DNA from: Tricharina praecox | Lineage: Eukaryota | DNA length: 64,000 nucleotides | Reading direction: 5' to 3' | Assembly (NCBI RefSeq): GCF_024521635.1 | Contig: NW_026250431.1 | Span: 310,001-374,000, forward strand | Shown: one piece after another, positions 25,678 to 39,972 of the stretch | Numbering within the stretch: the stretch's first letter is position 1 | How the letters are laid out: every line of letters begins with the position of its first letter | Notes under the pieces: generated by a model | What the model saw: only the letters and a program-made list of their open reading frames with translations | What the model was told of the DNA's origin: nothing | Databases searched by the model: none | Made by a program: the position numbers and the translations under genes

Positions 25678-27298
25678 ATGGAATCACTTTCACGGCTGCT
25701 CGCAGAATTCCGGGACGACAACATCGAGGCTGTAAGCCAGTTGAAAAGTGCATCGCGCACATTCATTTCATCCACTATTTTGGATGATGAGATGTTGAGT
25801 CTGGAGAGCCCAATAACGGAAACTCTTGCCTGGGCACTCCAGAAATACGGCCTGTCAACTGAGGGCTACGATACCTACGCTTCGTTGTACATGCTTGGAT
25901 GTAGTTCCAATTTGTAAGTACACACCACAATTCTCAATTTAGCGGACTTCCTAATCGTATATCAGGATTACGCATGGAAGATTTCCCTCACCTCTTGTGG
26001 AGCCAGGCGATGTCTACAGTGTCAGGGACAACCGATACTTGAAATGCGTCTGTTTTCCAGACGTTTTCCCCCTCACAGCGGCGGTCGAGATCCCAGAGCT
26101 TCCCCTCCCCCAAAGTGCACCTATGGGGCTCGCACCTATGCGGATGGGATTTTCAACCAGAATTTCTGTGGTTGTCCTTGCCGCCATGACCTCCAAGGAG
26201 GAATCTATCGGGGATCTCAGACTGGTGAGCGATCTACCGGTCGTTGTCATGGAAGGGCGGTTTTCAGACCTCGGGGATTCGGCGCATTCGGCACTAGTCC
26301 CCGAGGACACATCGCAGGCAATTGAACAGGCGTGGAAGCTTGTGGAAAGCGATGTGCCGCCGTACAGAACAGCAGACCGTATAACAGAGCTCGGGCGTAT
26401 CGCGACGCACCGAGCCACCGACGAGGAGGTGCCGATCAGGATCGGAAGTAGTATCGGTACGGCGGCTGGGGAGGATAAGGGGACAGCGGGCCTTTACCTC
26501 AAGTCTTCGATTGGCGTGCGGCTGCTGACGGCCGCTCATGTCATATCTCCTCTCGTACCCCGCTCTCAGTATGTTCTTCCACCGGCACATGCGATCACCT
26601 CCCCCAGTCGCCTGGATTGTATCGCGCGAATGAAAGATCTGCTGCGTGCCCCGAAGTCCGACACTCCCTAAAAACTTACGCCGTGGCTCTCGGCCGTGAG
26701 GCGCGTCTGTGGCGCTTTCCAATATGGCCAGCTAGGGGTAGATGAGGAGGGCTACAGGGAGGACTGGGCTCTTATCAAACTCCGAGACGGTTTCGTCGGC
26801 AAGAACGGCACTTGGTGGGAGAAGAGATTCCTGGGGAAGTTGAGGATCCAATGGAAACTAGTTCGACCAGAGACAGAATTCACCGGAAAAGTCGTCAGTT
26901 TCGAGGATCCAGCGCTAGGAACTAGTGATGTCTGGTTTAAGGATGGAGCGACAACTGGTTGGACGGCTGGGACATTGATCTCGACGGAAGTACATTTGTT
27001 TCTCAAGGGGACCACCTTTGGCATCACGGAATCGGAGGGCATTCACCCAGCCAATATCGAGAGGGCGAAAGTTCACACGATCAAGGAAATGAGGGGTGGC
27101 ACTTTTGCAACGGGTGGAGACAGTGGGAGCGGTGTGTTCAAACTCACGCAAGACGGCCGCGATTTTGTTTTCGGGGCGATGGTGTTGTCGAGTTTCACCC
27201 TTCTGGTGAGATCGTCGCTGACGATGGGTGTTCCGGCCACCAGAGTTCTGGCTCAAGTATCCAAGGCGACTGGCGTGGAGTGGGCGGTTGCGGATTAA
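25678..27298 (+). pseudogene. Chymotrypsin/trypsin-fold serine protease (PA clan) with one in-frame TAA
   Basis: Triad motifs LTAAHVI, REDWALI and GGDSGS; GATTGWTAG. The intron 25914-25965 joins frames. TAA at 26669-26671 is in frame with the downstream ORF. True start may be upstream. Confidence 0.75.
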
Positions 27299-28458
27299 AG
27301 GACCATTCTGTACTTTTTAATAGTTCGCGGTTGTTCTGTTTGTTTCAACTCTTGTATTTTCTTTCTGTTCTGATGGATGTGGGGAGGAAAGCCTCACTAG
27401 ACCTGAAGGAGGAGGATGAGGAGGAGGATGGGGAGGAGGCAAGCATCGCATCGGGAGGAGAGCAAGAGTGCCCAGCAGGTTACTGTGGTGTGTGGTTAGC
27501 TATCAGTGATTGAAGCGTGGAAGTGGAAGGAGTGGAGTGGAAGGAGGGGGCGGGGGGCGGGGTCGGCGCCGGTGCGAGGAAGTAGGAAATGAGGATATGC
27601 GGTGATATTTTCTTGATGCGATTTCCTTTGTTATTTGTTTGGCAGGCAGGCAGCGGCGCCACATCGTGCAGGTTGGTAACGGGGTCTCAACCTCCGGCGG
27701 CCAGAGTGGGCAGGAAAGGAGTGTGACGGTTCGCCATAGTCCAGATAGGCTGTATGCGAAATAAACTGAAGATTTCTCTCTCTCTGAAAGTTTAAGTACA
27801 AGTATCATGACATGCGGCGCAATTTAATACGGAGGTTCTATCGGTGAAGTGTGCACTTAGACTGCTGGTGGCCGGGGGCCTGGGTGAGGGCTAGTGAGTG
27901 AGTGCAGCGACGAGGTGGACGTTCTGGCGATGCTCTATGCAGGAGCTCGCGTAGCTAGGCAAAGTCGCCATGCGTTCCATCTCCGGCTTGTCGACATTCT
28001 GAGCAGCTGGAGATAGCAAGCTGGCAGCTGGCTCCGAGTGATTTCCTCAGCACCGGCAGATCCAGGTCGGTCGGATACGGCCGGCGGGGGGTCAATCTGT
28101 ACCCCTGCCCGCCCACGCAGATCCGGGCCCGAGACCTCCGGACCGCACGGAACAATTTCCTCGAAGCTCTGGCTTTTCCTGGCGGAGCTTTCACACCGGT
28201 AGCTAGTAAAACATTTGTGGAAATGACCAGCCGGGTAAGAATCGAGTGATACCGTATGACCGTCCTTACCGAAGCGTGCTCCGTGACGTCGCCGCGTTCT
28301 TCCGATCTGCTCCGTGTCCCCTACAACTTACGGCCCGGTTTAGCGAACTTGGAGGAAAAAAAGTTCCACCTCTCGCACCCACTCTGTCCTCTTCTCTTTT
28401 TTTAAGCTTCTCCCGCTCTCTTTCTCCTTCAACCAAGACAACACACGGACGCGACAAG

Positions 28459-30221
28459 ATGTTTTCCAGACACACACTACAAAAATCAATCTCGGTGACA
28501 CGAGCAGGAGCTCTGGGTGGCACACGGTTGCTGTCGGCTGTGCCCCGCCGACCGAGGTTCCTAGCGAACGCCCTTGTCTCCCTCCCATGCTCTCCCCGCA
28601 CCTCCTACTCTGCATTCTCCACAAGCACATTCAAGATGGTATGTTTTTGACATTTGGCGGGTCTTGCGTGGGTTCGACGCACAGACTGACGGGAACCGCA
28701 CGATGACAGGTAAACGGAACCAGAATTGAGAAGGACGCCTTTGGAGATGTCGAGGTCGCGAACGACAGGTACTGGGGAGCGCAGACGCAGCGGTATGTGC
28801 TACTATGGGCGGGGTCCACAGGGGGAAGTTGTTTGTGCTGACGATGCGACGATAGCTCGCTCACCAACTTCAAGATCAACCAGCCCTTCGACCGCATGCC
28901 CCCTCCCGTCGTCAAGGCCTTCGGTATCCTGAAGCGCGCCGCCGCAACCGTCAACATGACCCACGGACTCGACCCCAAGCTCGGAAAAGCCATCGAGCAA
29001 GCCGCCGATGAGGTCATCTCCGGCAAGCTCCTCGAACACTTCCCCCTTGTTGTCTGGCAGACCGGTTCGGGCACGCAGTCCAACATGAACGCGAACGAGG
29101 TCATCTCCAACCGCGCGATCGAAATCCTCGGCGGCGAGATGGGCTCCAAGAAGCCTGTGCACCCTAATGACCACGTGAACATGAGCGCCTCGTCCAACGA
29201 CACTTTCCCGTCAGTCATGCACATCGCGGCGACTATCGAGATCCAGGAGAAGCTGCTGCCCAGTCTGAGGAGTTTGCATGCCGCCTTCGAGGAGAAGGTC
29301 AAGGCGTTTAACCACATCATCAAGATCGGCCGCACGCATCTGCAGGATGCTACCCCGTTGACGTTGGGCCAGGAGTTCTCCGGATACGCCACTCAGCTCG
29401 AGTACGGAGTCCACCGGATCGAAGCCACCCTCCCCCGCCTCAAGATGCTTGCCCAGGGTGGAACCGCCGTAGGAACCGGACTCAACACCAAGATCGGTTT
29501 TGATGTGGCCGTCGCTAAGGAGGTCTCAAAGCTTACGGGCATCGACTTTATTACCGCGCCGAACAAGTTCGAGGCCCTGGCAGCGCACGATGCCATCGTC
29601 GAGGCCAGTGGTGCTCTGAACACCCTCGCGTGCTCGTTAATGAAGATTGCCAACGACATCCGGTACCTCGGATCCGGACCTCGCTGCGGTCTTGGCGAGC
29701 TGTCGCTGCCCGAGAACGAGCCCGGATCGTCGATCATGCCTGGAAAGGTTAACCCCACCCAGTGTGAGGCTCTGACCATGGTCTGCGCGCAAGTCATGGG
29801 TAAGTCTTTAGATCCTGTGCAGCTGCTCACGGAAAGCTAACATCTCCCAGGAAACAACATGGCCATTACCGTCGCCGGCTCGCAGGGGCAGTTTGAGCTC
29901 AACGTGTTCAAGCCCGTGTTGATCCGCAACCTCCTCCACAGCGTCGTCCTTCTCACCGACGCCATGAAGTCTTTCGAGGACAACTGTGTCGTGGGCATCC
30001 AGGCCAACGAGGACAACATCAACAAGCTCCTTCACGAATCGCTGATGTTGGTGACGTGTCTCAACTCCAAGATTGGCTACGACATGGCGTCCAAGGTCGC
30101 GAAGAATGCCCACAAGAAGGGCACCACGCTGAAGCAGAGCGCGCTGGAGCTTGAGGCCCTCACCGAAGCCGAGTTCAACGAGCTTGTCCGACCGGAGCTG
30201 ATGATCGCCCCCAAGGACTAG
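28459..30221 (+). CDS. FUM1: Class II fumarate hydratase (fumarase), 4 exons
   Basis: [38 protein letters not shown] and signature [16 protein letters not shown]-terminal mitochondrial presequence; GT-AG introns. Confidence 0.98.
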
Positions 30222-30817
30222 ACTACCTAGGCGCGGAGGGACAAAATGTGGCGTTTGGCGGGCGGGCGGGCGGGCGTTTAGATCAGTTTGGATTTTTTAC
30301 TTTTCTTTGCTGTGCTGTGCTGTGTGTAGGGGCGGTCTGGATTTTGTACGATGGTTGGATGGATGGATGGATGGATGGATTATTTCATGGGAGGCGGAGT
30401 TACGAGAGGTGGATTGAACGGACGATACGATACCAAAACTTACTTGCATGTGTGGACGGACGGACTGGGAGTGGCGGATCATTGGTTGGCGGTTGGGATT
30501 GAATTCTACTCGACTCGACTCTCATCTGGCGAATTCGCTGTGTGTGTGCCTCGCGTGACTATGATATGTTGAAATGGGCAGATTCCGAGAGGGCCACTGG
30601 TTGAAGTAGCCCTGGACAGTGGTGATGAAGTGGCTTATGAGTGAACTAGCACTCGCCCGCTCTGGGTAAACTGGATGGCTCGGTCAGATGACTAACGCGA
30701 CCAGACTAATAGCTCGGTCAGATGAATACATAGCTCGATAAGCCAGTAGGTAGAGTAAGGAGCCGTTTTTTTTTGGTTCAACCATCCCAGTATTGGACCT
30801 CAGTAGATTATGGCTGA

Positions 30818-30832
30818 GTACACACACACACC

Positions 30833-30882
<50 letters not shown>
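30818..30882. repeat. (CA)n microsatellite
   Basis: About 30 CA units with one interruption. Confidence 0.95.
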
Positions 30883-30884
<2 letters not shown>

Positions 30885-32023
30885 GATTCCCACCTAGCGC
30901 CCGGCTTCAGGTGAGACATCTCTGCTCTCTGCTCTGTTGCTCTGTTGCTCTGTTGCCCCGATTTCTACTGCATAGCTCCGCTAGATCGGCCCGGTCGAGC
31001 GGGCCGTCTCGACTCGGGGCAAATCCGCCATCTCGAGTCGATTACCGTGATTGGCTGCGGGCCCTCGCCGGTCACGCCATCGCGCGGACAGTACAGCAGT
31101 CCATCAACCCGTATCACTAGAGCCATTACGGGAACGATTCTGGTTATTCACCAGATTGACCGAGTCAATCCAAGAACCGACGTCGAGTGCTGTGGTGTGA
31201 TCGAGTCCGAGTCCGAGTCCGAAATGTCGCTGCTCCACCTCATCACTCCGCGCACACCCACTCTGCGCATCCATCCACACATCCGTGCACCATGAGGTGG
31301 CCTTCCTCCAACGTGCCATTGCTACCGCTGCTGCTTCCTCGCCCGCCGCCGTCGTGATGGTCCTGACTTAACGCCGAGTGACGAGTGACGAGTGACGAGT
31401 GACGAGTGACAAGTGTGTCGTTCTCGAAAGAGTATGTACTCGCCATCCTCTACCAATCCCCTAGCGGGAATGTATACTCACTTGGAGGCTGTGACTGCTA
31501 CGCTTTCGAGCTGCAGTTTGCGGTTTGGACGTCCGGGACCACAGCGTGGAGTAGGTATATTCCCATAAACATCATCAATGGATCTCAAAAGTTTCCTTTA
31601 TTGTGAATCCCAGTGGCTCCCAGGCACCCACTGCCCCTGTATTCAGCAATCATCGTTAAAGCACCGATATTCCCATTCCCCTTCTCGTAGGTACACCGTA
31701 AACGGCCCAAACGGCCCAGATGAGCCCAACCACTAACCACCAAGCAAGCAAGCAGATAGCAAGCACTTAGCAAGCAAGCGGGTCGACATTCAAATTCCAA
31801 TCATGATATCTCCCAAACATCCAAAATCCATCACCGCAACGTAAGTACTTAGGTATGAAACGCAGACATGAAATGCAGATACAATATCATATAGGAGGTA
31901 TGCAAAAAGGATAAACAATTTTGCTTTGCGGAAGAAAAAATCCAAAAAACTTGCGGCAGAAGAAACACCCGCAGATAGATAGACAAAACAAACACCCGTT
32001 AAGCACATAGATCAAGCCGTATC

Positions 32024-33866
<1,843 letters not shown>

Positions 33867-36800
33867 CGTGGAGATATTGGGGAATGAAGGCTTTTTTTTC
33901 CTTTCTTTCGGGCGAACCGGCAATCTGGGGGGGAGCACGGGGGGCGGATGAATCTCAGGAAGCAGCAGGCGAAAGGGGGGTCGGGGGTTAACTATCAGGC
34001 TGTGACGGGGCGATGTGGGAGTACACGCTCTAGAGGACAGGGCCAGGGTGCTGGAAGTCCACGATTGAAGGAGGAGCTGGTGGTGATTGGCACCGCCTGG
34101 AGAACGCGATGTACGATACAGCTACAATACCACATTGCTGTTGGTAATGTCGCTTCCTGTGGGCCGGACGTGATTCGCACAAAGCCTGGAGAAAAGCGAT
34201 ATACGATACAGCTACGATATAGCGACGATACCGCATTACTGTTGGTAAATGTCGCCTCCTCCTGGCCCATTCCCCCCCGGATTCCGCCCTCAATCCTTAT
34301 CTTTCCCCGCACCCAGCTCGGTCCAACAGGCGTGACGCGAGTGCATGGTGCTCGAACACGCCGGTCCAGTTCCCACTCCCTAGCTAGGGCGATATCGATA
34401 TTCCGCAGCATCATCGCAGCTGCATCGTCAGCTCGAGCTGCCCCACGACGACGCTAGGAATCGACAAACCTCCGACGGCCCAGGAAGTCGGGACCGACGC
34501 GTGCGTGCGGGGTTCGCTTCGATCGCGATCGCCCATGGTCCTTGTCGCTGCGGCCTGCGGCCTGCGGCGTGATCGATACAGTGGGGAGCTAGTTGACGAC
34601 TAGTGCTGAGGACTCGAGCAACCACATCCTTCTCGTTTCTCCACAACCTGTTTCGACATCCGAGCCGAAAGAACAGTCCAGCCGTGCAATCCAGACCGCA
34701 GCATGTGTTAAAGGTCATGCTTCTCGATCTCGTCCACTGGAACCGCGACCACGCCGAAAAGACCCAAAAGTCGCGTCTCCGCGCACCATCGAATCGCCAT
34801 CACCGTGACAGCCACCAATCCCCAACCAATCGAACGAACCCCTCACCCTGTTTCTCAAATACCCAGAGCTATCTTTCTGCCATGGAAGCTCCTGTCCCCC
34901 TCACCATGCCGAGAACGCCGCCCGAGAACGCCACAAACGCCGAGAAAGCCACAATGGCCACCAAAAACGCCGCCACCAATAGGTACTGAGCATCCAGAAT
35001 CTCCAACTACACTGTTTGCCACCGCTCCATCACCAGTGTTGGATGCAAGCCACACGCATCAGGGCATCAGGGCATCAGGCGTTGTGAGACGTGAGGCGTG
35101 GGAGGGGGGAAATTGGCTTGCAGGCTTCATACCTGTTGATCTTCAGTGTATCAATCCAGCAATCATATTCACACCACCAAAAATTGCACAGGTCGTGTAT
35201 CGGCGTGTGCGACTGGTCAAAACCATGAAGCGGGTGCCGTGAATAGGTGGTGAAGTGGCGCGGCATCGTGTATGTACCTAGGTACGTACGCGGTGTACGA
35301 GGGCGTGATGTGTATTTTTAAGATCGCGCGGGAGACGTGTCGAAGGCTATTGGGACGGAAGTGGTAGATATAGTTTTGCTTGCGGGGATAGGAAGGACAA
35401 TGTATATACCGATGGCGTACACGCAGTGCGCACACACTTATCAACCGTTTTTTCAGTGCTCACTCAGTGCTCACTCACTTCAATTAGTTATCATACCATG
35501 AGGATATGTGAAGTTCATCATCGTCACGCTCATGAAATGAAATGAAAGCCACCCACCCGCCGAGATCGATACGGTACCTGTGATCTAGGTCGGTATCGGA
35601 TGACTAAACTTTAATCAAAGAGCTGCCGTGCCGATGCACAGGCCAAGTGCTGGATTATCTCTCAAGCTGGAATTATGGCGAGATCTGAGGAGGAGAGGTA
35701 GCTACCGGGTCGGTGCGGGGCGGGGCCTAGATTCGATGGTTACGCGGCTACGGCGTTACGCCGTACGTCACGGCGTTTTCACGCCGACTCGACGGCGCCC
35801 GTGATACATACGGTACCGATCCTTTGAGTCTTGACCTTTGACCTTTGACCTATGACTTTTCCAACTTAACTTAACTGGAATCCCCTTGTACCATACCATA
35901 GGCAGGTAAGTCTGGGTCGCACATAATACGTACCGTATACCTACGCGTTCGGACTGAAGTCAATTTGAACACTGAAGCTTGTATGGAGAGAGTTACCGGT
36001 ATTCCATGTACGGACTGAGTAGGTATTGCGTTTTAGAGCTACACTCTGTCTACCGTAGGTACACTCTAACACCAAATCCCTCAACGAAACAGACTTTTGC
36101 AGCCTCGTCAAGACGTCAAGTCGTCGAGTCGTCGAGTCGTTCCACCACCACATCATGTAATTCCCTAAGTTCGAACTTCGAACTGCTCTAGACGAGCTGA
36201 TGGCGAATATGGTCGGCGTCAGCTGAGACGCTACTATCGGTATCCGCCTACCACACCACCCAGCGGCTTATGTAGCTCAACGCCCTCCCGTAGAAGCAAG
36301 GTTGACGCCTTTACTGTGGCCAGCGGAGGCAAACACACGCTATCACTCACTAAGTGAGATTTTATGAAGGTGTTGCTCTCCGTCCTGGCACTTAGGTCGC
36401 AAGCAATTATTGATTAAGCAAAAAAAAGCTCTCTGTCCTAGCCGTTCGAACGGGGTGATATTAAAATCATCTAGATAAGTCGCATGCAATTACTGATTAA
36501 ACAAAATAAAAACGTCCTGGCCGTTCCATCAGGTCTACAGAGCGCATCAAACATACTGCAAAGGAAAAGCAATGGTCCACAGCTCACCTCCGACTCTTCG
36601 ACAGAACGCTAGCGGATGCCATAACGAGCAGCCCGCGGACCGATCCAGGTCAGCGTGTTTCTGTATTCTGTCACCTTGAACTATGTAAATCGCATGCAAT
36701 AAATCACATAAATGATTAAACAAAACCCTCAGAAGCCATCGTATCTATCGACTCCATCATAACACGATTGTATTCCGCACTTCATACCAGAAATCTGCAG

Positions 36801-37173
36801 CATAAAAAGACAAAACATTTGAATCACCCCCTCTAGGTAGGTAGGTAAGCAACTAGCTAACAACAATACGGCAAACGGCCAGTATTATCTCCTCACAAGC
36901 CAAACATATACCTACACTTACATTTATACCCGCACAGGGAATGGCACGACTCCAGCTGTTTTTTTGTTTATGTTTAACAATTGCTTGCTTGCGATGTATG
37001 ATTCACGAACCCAGCGCTATGTATTGTACCAAGCGAGCTTGACGACGGAGGCTTTAAAATAAGCGGCCGTCCACTGACAAAAGACGGCCGCAGGAGGACC
37101 CAAGTGACCTAACCAACCAGCCAGAAGCCTCGAAGCCCTCAGGGAATAACCCGGAAACCCCATGGACCATCGC

Positions 37174-37881
37174 TTAACCGGCGGGTCCATGCTCGGAGGG
37201 CGGGGTCTGCTCCGTGGTCGGCGGATCGGTAGCCGCTGTCGAGAGCAGCTCCACAGCGGCCGTAGCGGCCTCGGCATCCGCAGTCCCTGCAGCGGGGGGC
37301 GGAGACTGGTCCTCAGCGGCAGGATCGTAGACGGCGCCATGGAGGCGGCGATTCCCGTCCGGCCTGCGGTATCCGCGGAGCACCAGTAACGCGTCAGACA
37401 GGGACCTTGCAAGGAGCTGTGCCACGCGGTGGCGGTAGCTGAAGACGTACACGCCGTCGCGGGCGACGAACAGGCAATAGCGGTGGCTCTCGTCGAGCAG
37501 GAAGCCGAAGCCCAGCGGAGAGGGCACGAGCCCGAACTCCTGCCGCAGGTACCGGTAGTGCGCGAATTGCCGCACCGAGCCCGGACGCACTATGTTGCAG
37601 AAGCCGTGCCAGCCGCAGCACGCGAATAGCCGCGCGAAAAGGACGTGGTGCAGTGTTTGCATGCGTGATGGTGCATGCAGCATCGTCGTGCCGGATCGCC
37701 GGTCGTCGGTGAGCCATTCGGGCCCTGAACGGTCGGCTGCCGGATTTTGGGCTGTTTGGGCGGGCTGGTCAATCGCGGCGTTGCAGGGAGCGTAGGCGGA
37801 GTTGGAGTTACATTCCGGATCGGAATCAGAGTTGGAGCTGAGGGGGCTGAGGACAGAACGACCATCTGGAGTCTGAGACAT
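37174..37881 (-). CDS. Intronless hypothetical protein with a SUKH-like C-terminal motif
   Basis: 235-aa ORF starting at ATG with high-GC3 codons; LFVARDGVYVFS...LARSLSDALLVL. Confidence 0.55.
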   Translation of the reverse strand: MSQTPDGRSVLSPLSSNSDSDPECNSNSAYAPCNAAIDQPAQTAQNPAADRSGPEWLTDDRRSGTTMLHAPSRMQTLHHVLFARLFACCGWHGFCNIVRPGSVRQFAHYRYLRQEFGLVPSPLGFGFLLDESHRYCLFVARDGVYVFSYRHRVAQLLARSLSDALLVLRGYRRPDGNRRLHGAVYDPAAEDQSPPPAAGTADAEAATAAVELLSTAATDPPTTEQTPPSEHGPAG

Positions 37882-39972
37882 CGTAGGGTGTGGCTCTGGG
37901 TGGAGGTACGATGAATTCTACTGAGAATGGAAAAAGGTCGCTCGTGAGGACTCCGGTTAAGGGGAACTTCTATCTTCATATAATGTATAGTGTTATACTC
38001 ACCGCGCTTACCACCAAGTACCTACCAAGGTAAAACCGATCTCGTAGAGCGTAGTTTTAGATTCAGGGCTCCGCAGGGCTCGTCGACATTGCAAGTCGTA
38101 CTCTGTTAGGTATCTACCAGTGCATCATCGCGGAAATTTAACTAGAGCGTTTCCGGGCCGACCGGAATAGTCATCTAGTGTAGCTACCTGCCATCGTTTC
38201 CGGAACATGAACAAAGACCGGACCCACAATTCATCAGTCCCGTACAGTGTGCAATCTGATAAGGTGTGAGGTGGTGGCCGAGCCGGTCGGTGGAGGTGAG
38301 AAGTAAACATAGTTTGACGTGTAGGTGGGAAGGATAACTCAAATCATCACCAGACATTTCTTCACATGTATGAAGGCCTTGAGTAACTTTCAGACCAGAA
38401 CTTGGCCGGAAAGGCTCCTTAGCCGGTTCTCCGTCTACAGCCCCTCAAATATCTAGATCTACTGGATCTGAACACGACTTTCTCAGCACTTGCAACAGTG
38501 GAACATGAAGGTTAAAGTTTGCCACGACTGCCGAAGATTCTGGACTACAGTGCAGTAGCCATAAATCTAATCCCATATTGCAGCATTTTCAAGCATGCAT
38601 CAGTTAAGTTCCTCAATATTCGTAAAGTATTCCATACTCCTCCCCCTCACGACGCAATCCCCGTTTCAGTTGTACGAGTACTCCTCATCACGACTACCGG
38701 GGCGCCCGAAAGGCTCTGGAAGGCTTACGATCCCCAAGGCTCGGCCGTATGGCGTATGCGTGGATACCTACGTCAATAGCCGCGATGGACCGTGCGCGTA
38801 TCGGAAGCCCAAGGCTCTGAGTATGTATCTGCTGCGTAAGAGTATTCTGCCTTGGATTGCGCGAGCGGGTATGGAGAGCCCCTCCGCCCCGACGAGAAGT
38901 AAGAGAATCAACATATAATCTCCATCTACCAGGTACCCATCCTGATATCACTCTGGCCAATATTCTTGACACTCCTGATTACTCTCCAATCGTGTCCGCA
39001 GAAATTAGTTCCCATTGCGTGCAAAACCCAAGTACCGAACTAGAAATATTATAGAACAGATTTTGTTTCGTGGACGACAATATATTGTGGCCGTATGTGG
39101 GGCGAAGAACAACCGGATTGCGAGCGAGCGGTTCTTATCCGACTAATTTTCCCTGTCCCATTCCCTCTGCGCCGGCCACGAGAATGCCGTATGGCTTTCC
39201 GAAGCGGTCATTGAGGGAGTGCTGACCGAGACCTAGCACTGTTCTACGGAGCGTGAGGCTGATGACGCCCAAGCAATTTCGCTGCTGCAGTCTCTTGGTA
39301 TCATCCGTGAAATGCATAGCCCGGTGGGAAGGCTTCATTCTGGGCCGTGGATTGGCCTTCTCCCCGATACCTCTAATCACTGTTCCGCACCTTAATGCTT
39401 CGGCTCGGGATCCTGCTCTCTCTGGTCCGTCGATCGGATATATCGGTTCGCGTTCTATCGCCGCTTGCTCGGAGGATTGTCCGAGGTATTGGCCAGTGTG
39501 CGAGTGTCCTGTTTTCAGCTGACAGTAGTTCCCGCGCCGCAGCTTCTTGGGATTTTCCGTGATTGCCGTTTTCGGCTTCTGAGCTTTCCGAGAGCCAGTG
39601 GATTTTCCCTTCTATCTTTTCCCTGCCCCAATCCTGTGCCTCTTGCCCATTCTCCCCCGAAGCTTGCTGTTTGAGGTAGCCCAATGGCTTTGTTCGAGAT
39701 CGGAGAACTAACCGGTAAGAAATCCATTGTTTGTTGTGGTGTGGCTCGCATCAAAGGCTTTGTTCTTTGTTTGCGCACACTGTTTCCATAACACATACCG
39801 GAAACCCGTCCGTTTCACCATCTCACTCGCCGTGGCTGTACAAAACCCATCACCCACAACCCACAGCCCGCAATCCAACTTCTCCATCGTCCAGCAGACT
39901 CCATCAAGTTTTCAGGACGGCAAACAGGGACGAAAAGAAGTTACCCACGCAAAATCCCCAGCCCTCGTCAAG

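Noticed and set aside
34600..35242. Overlapping short ORFs as a gene
   Set aside because: No recognisable motif and no consistent splice model
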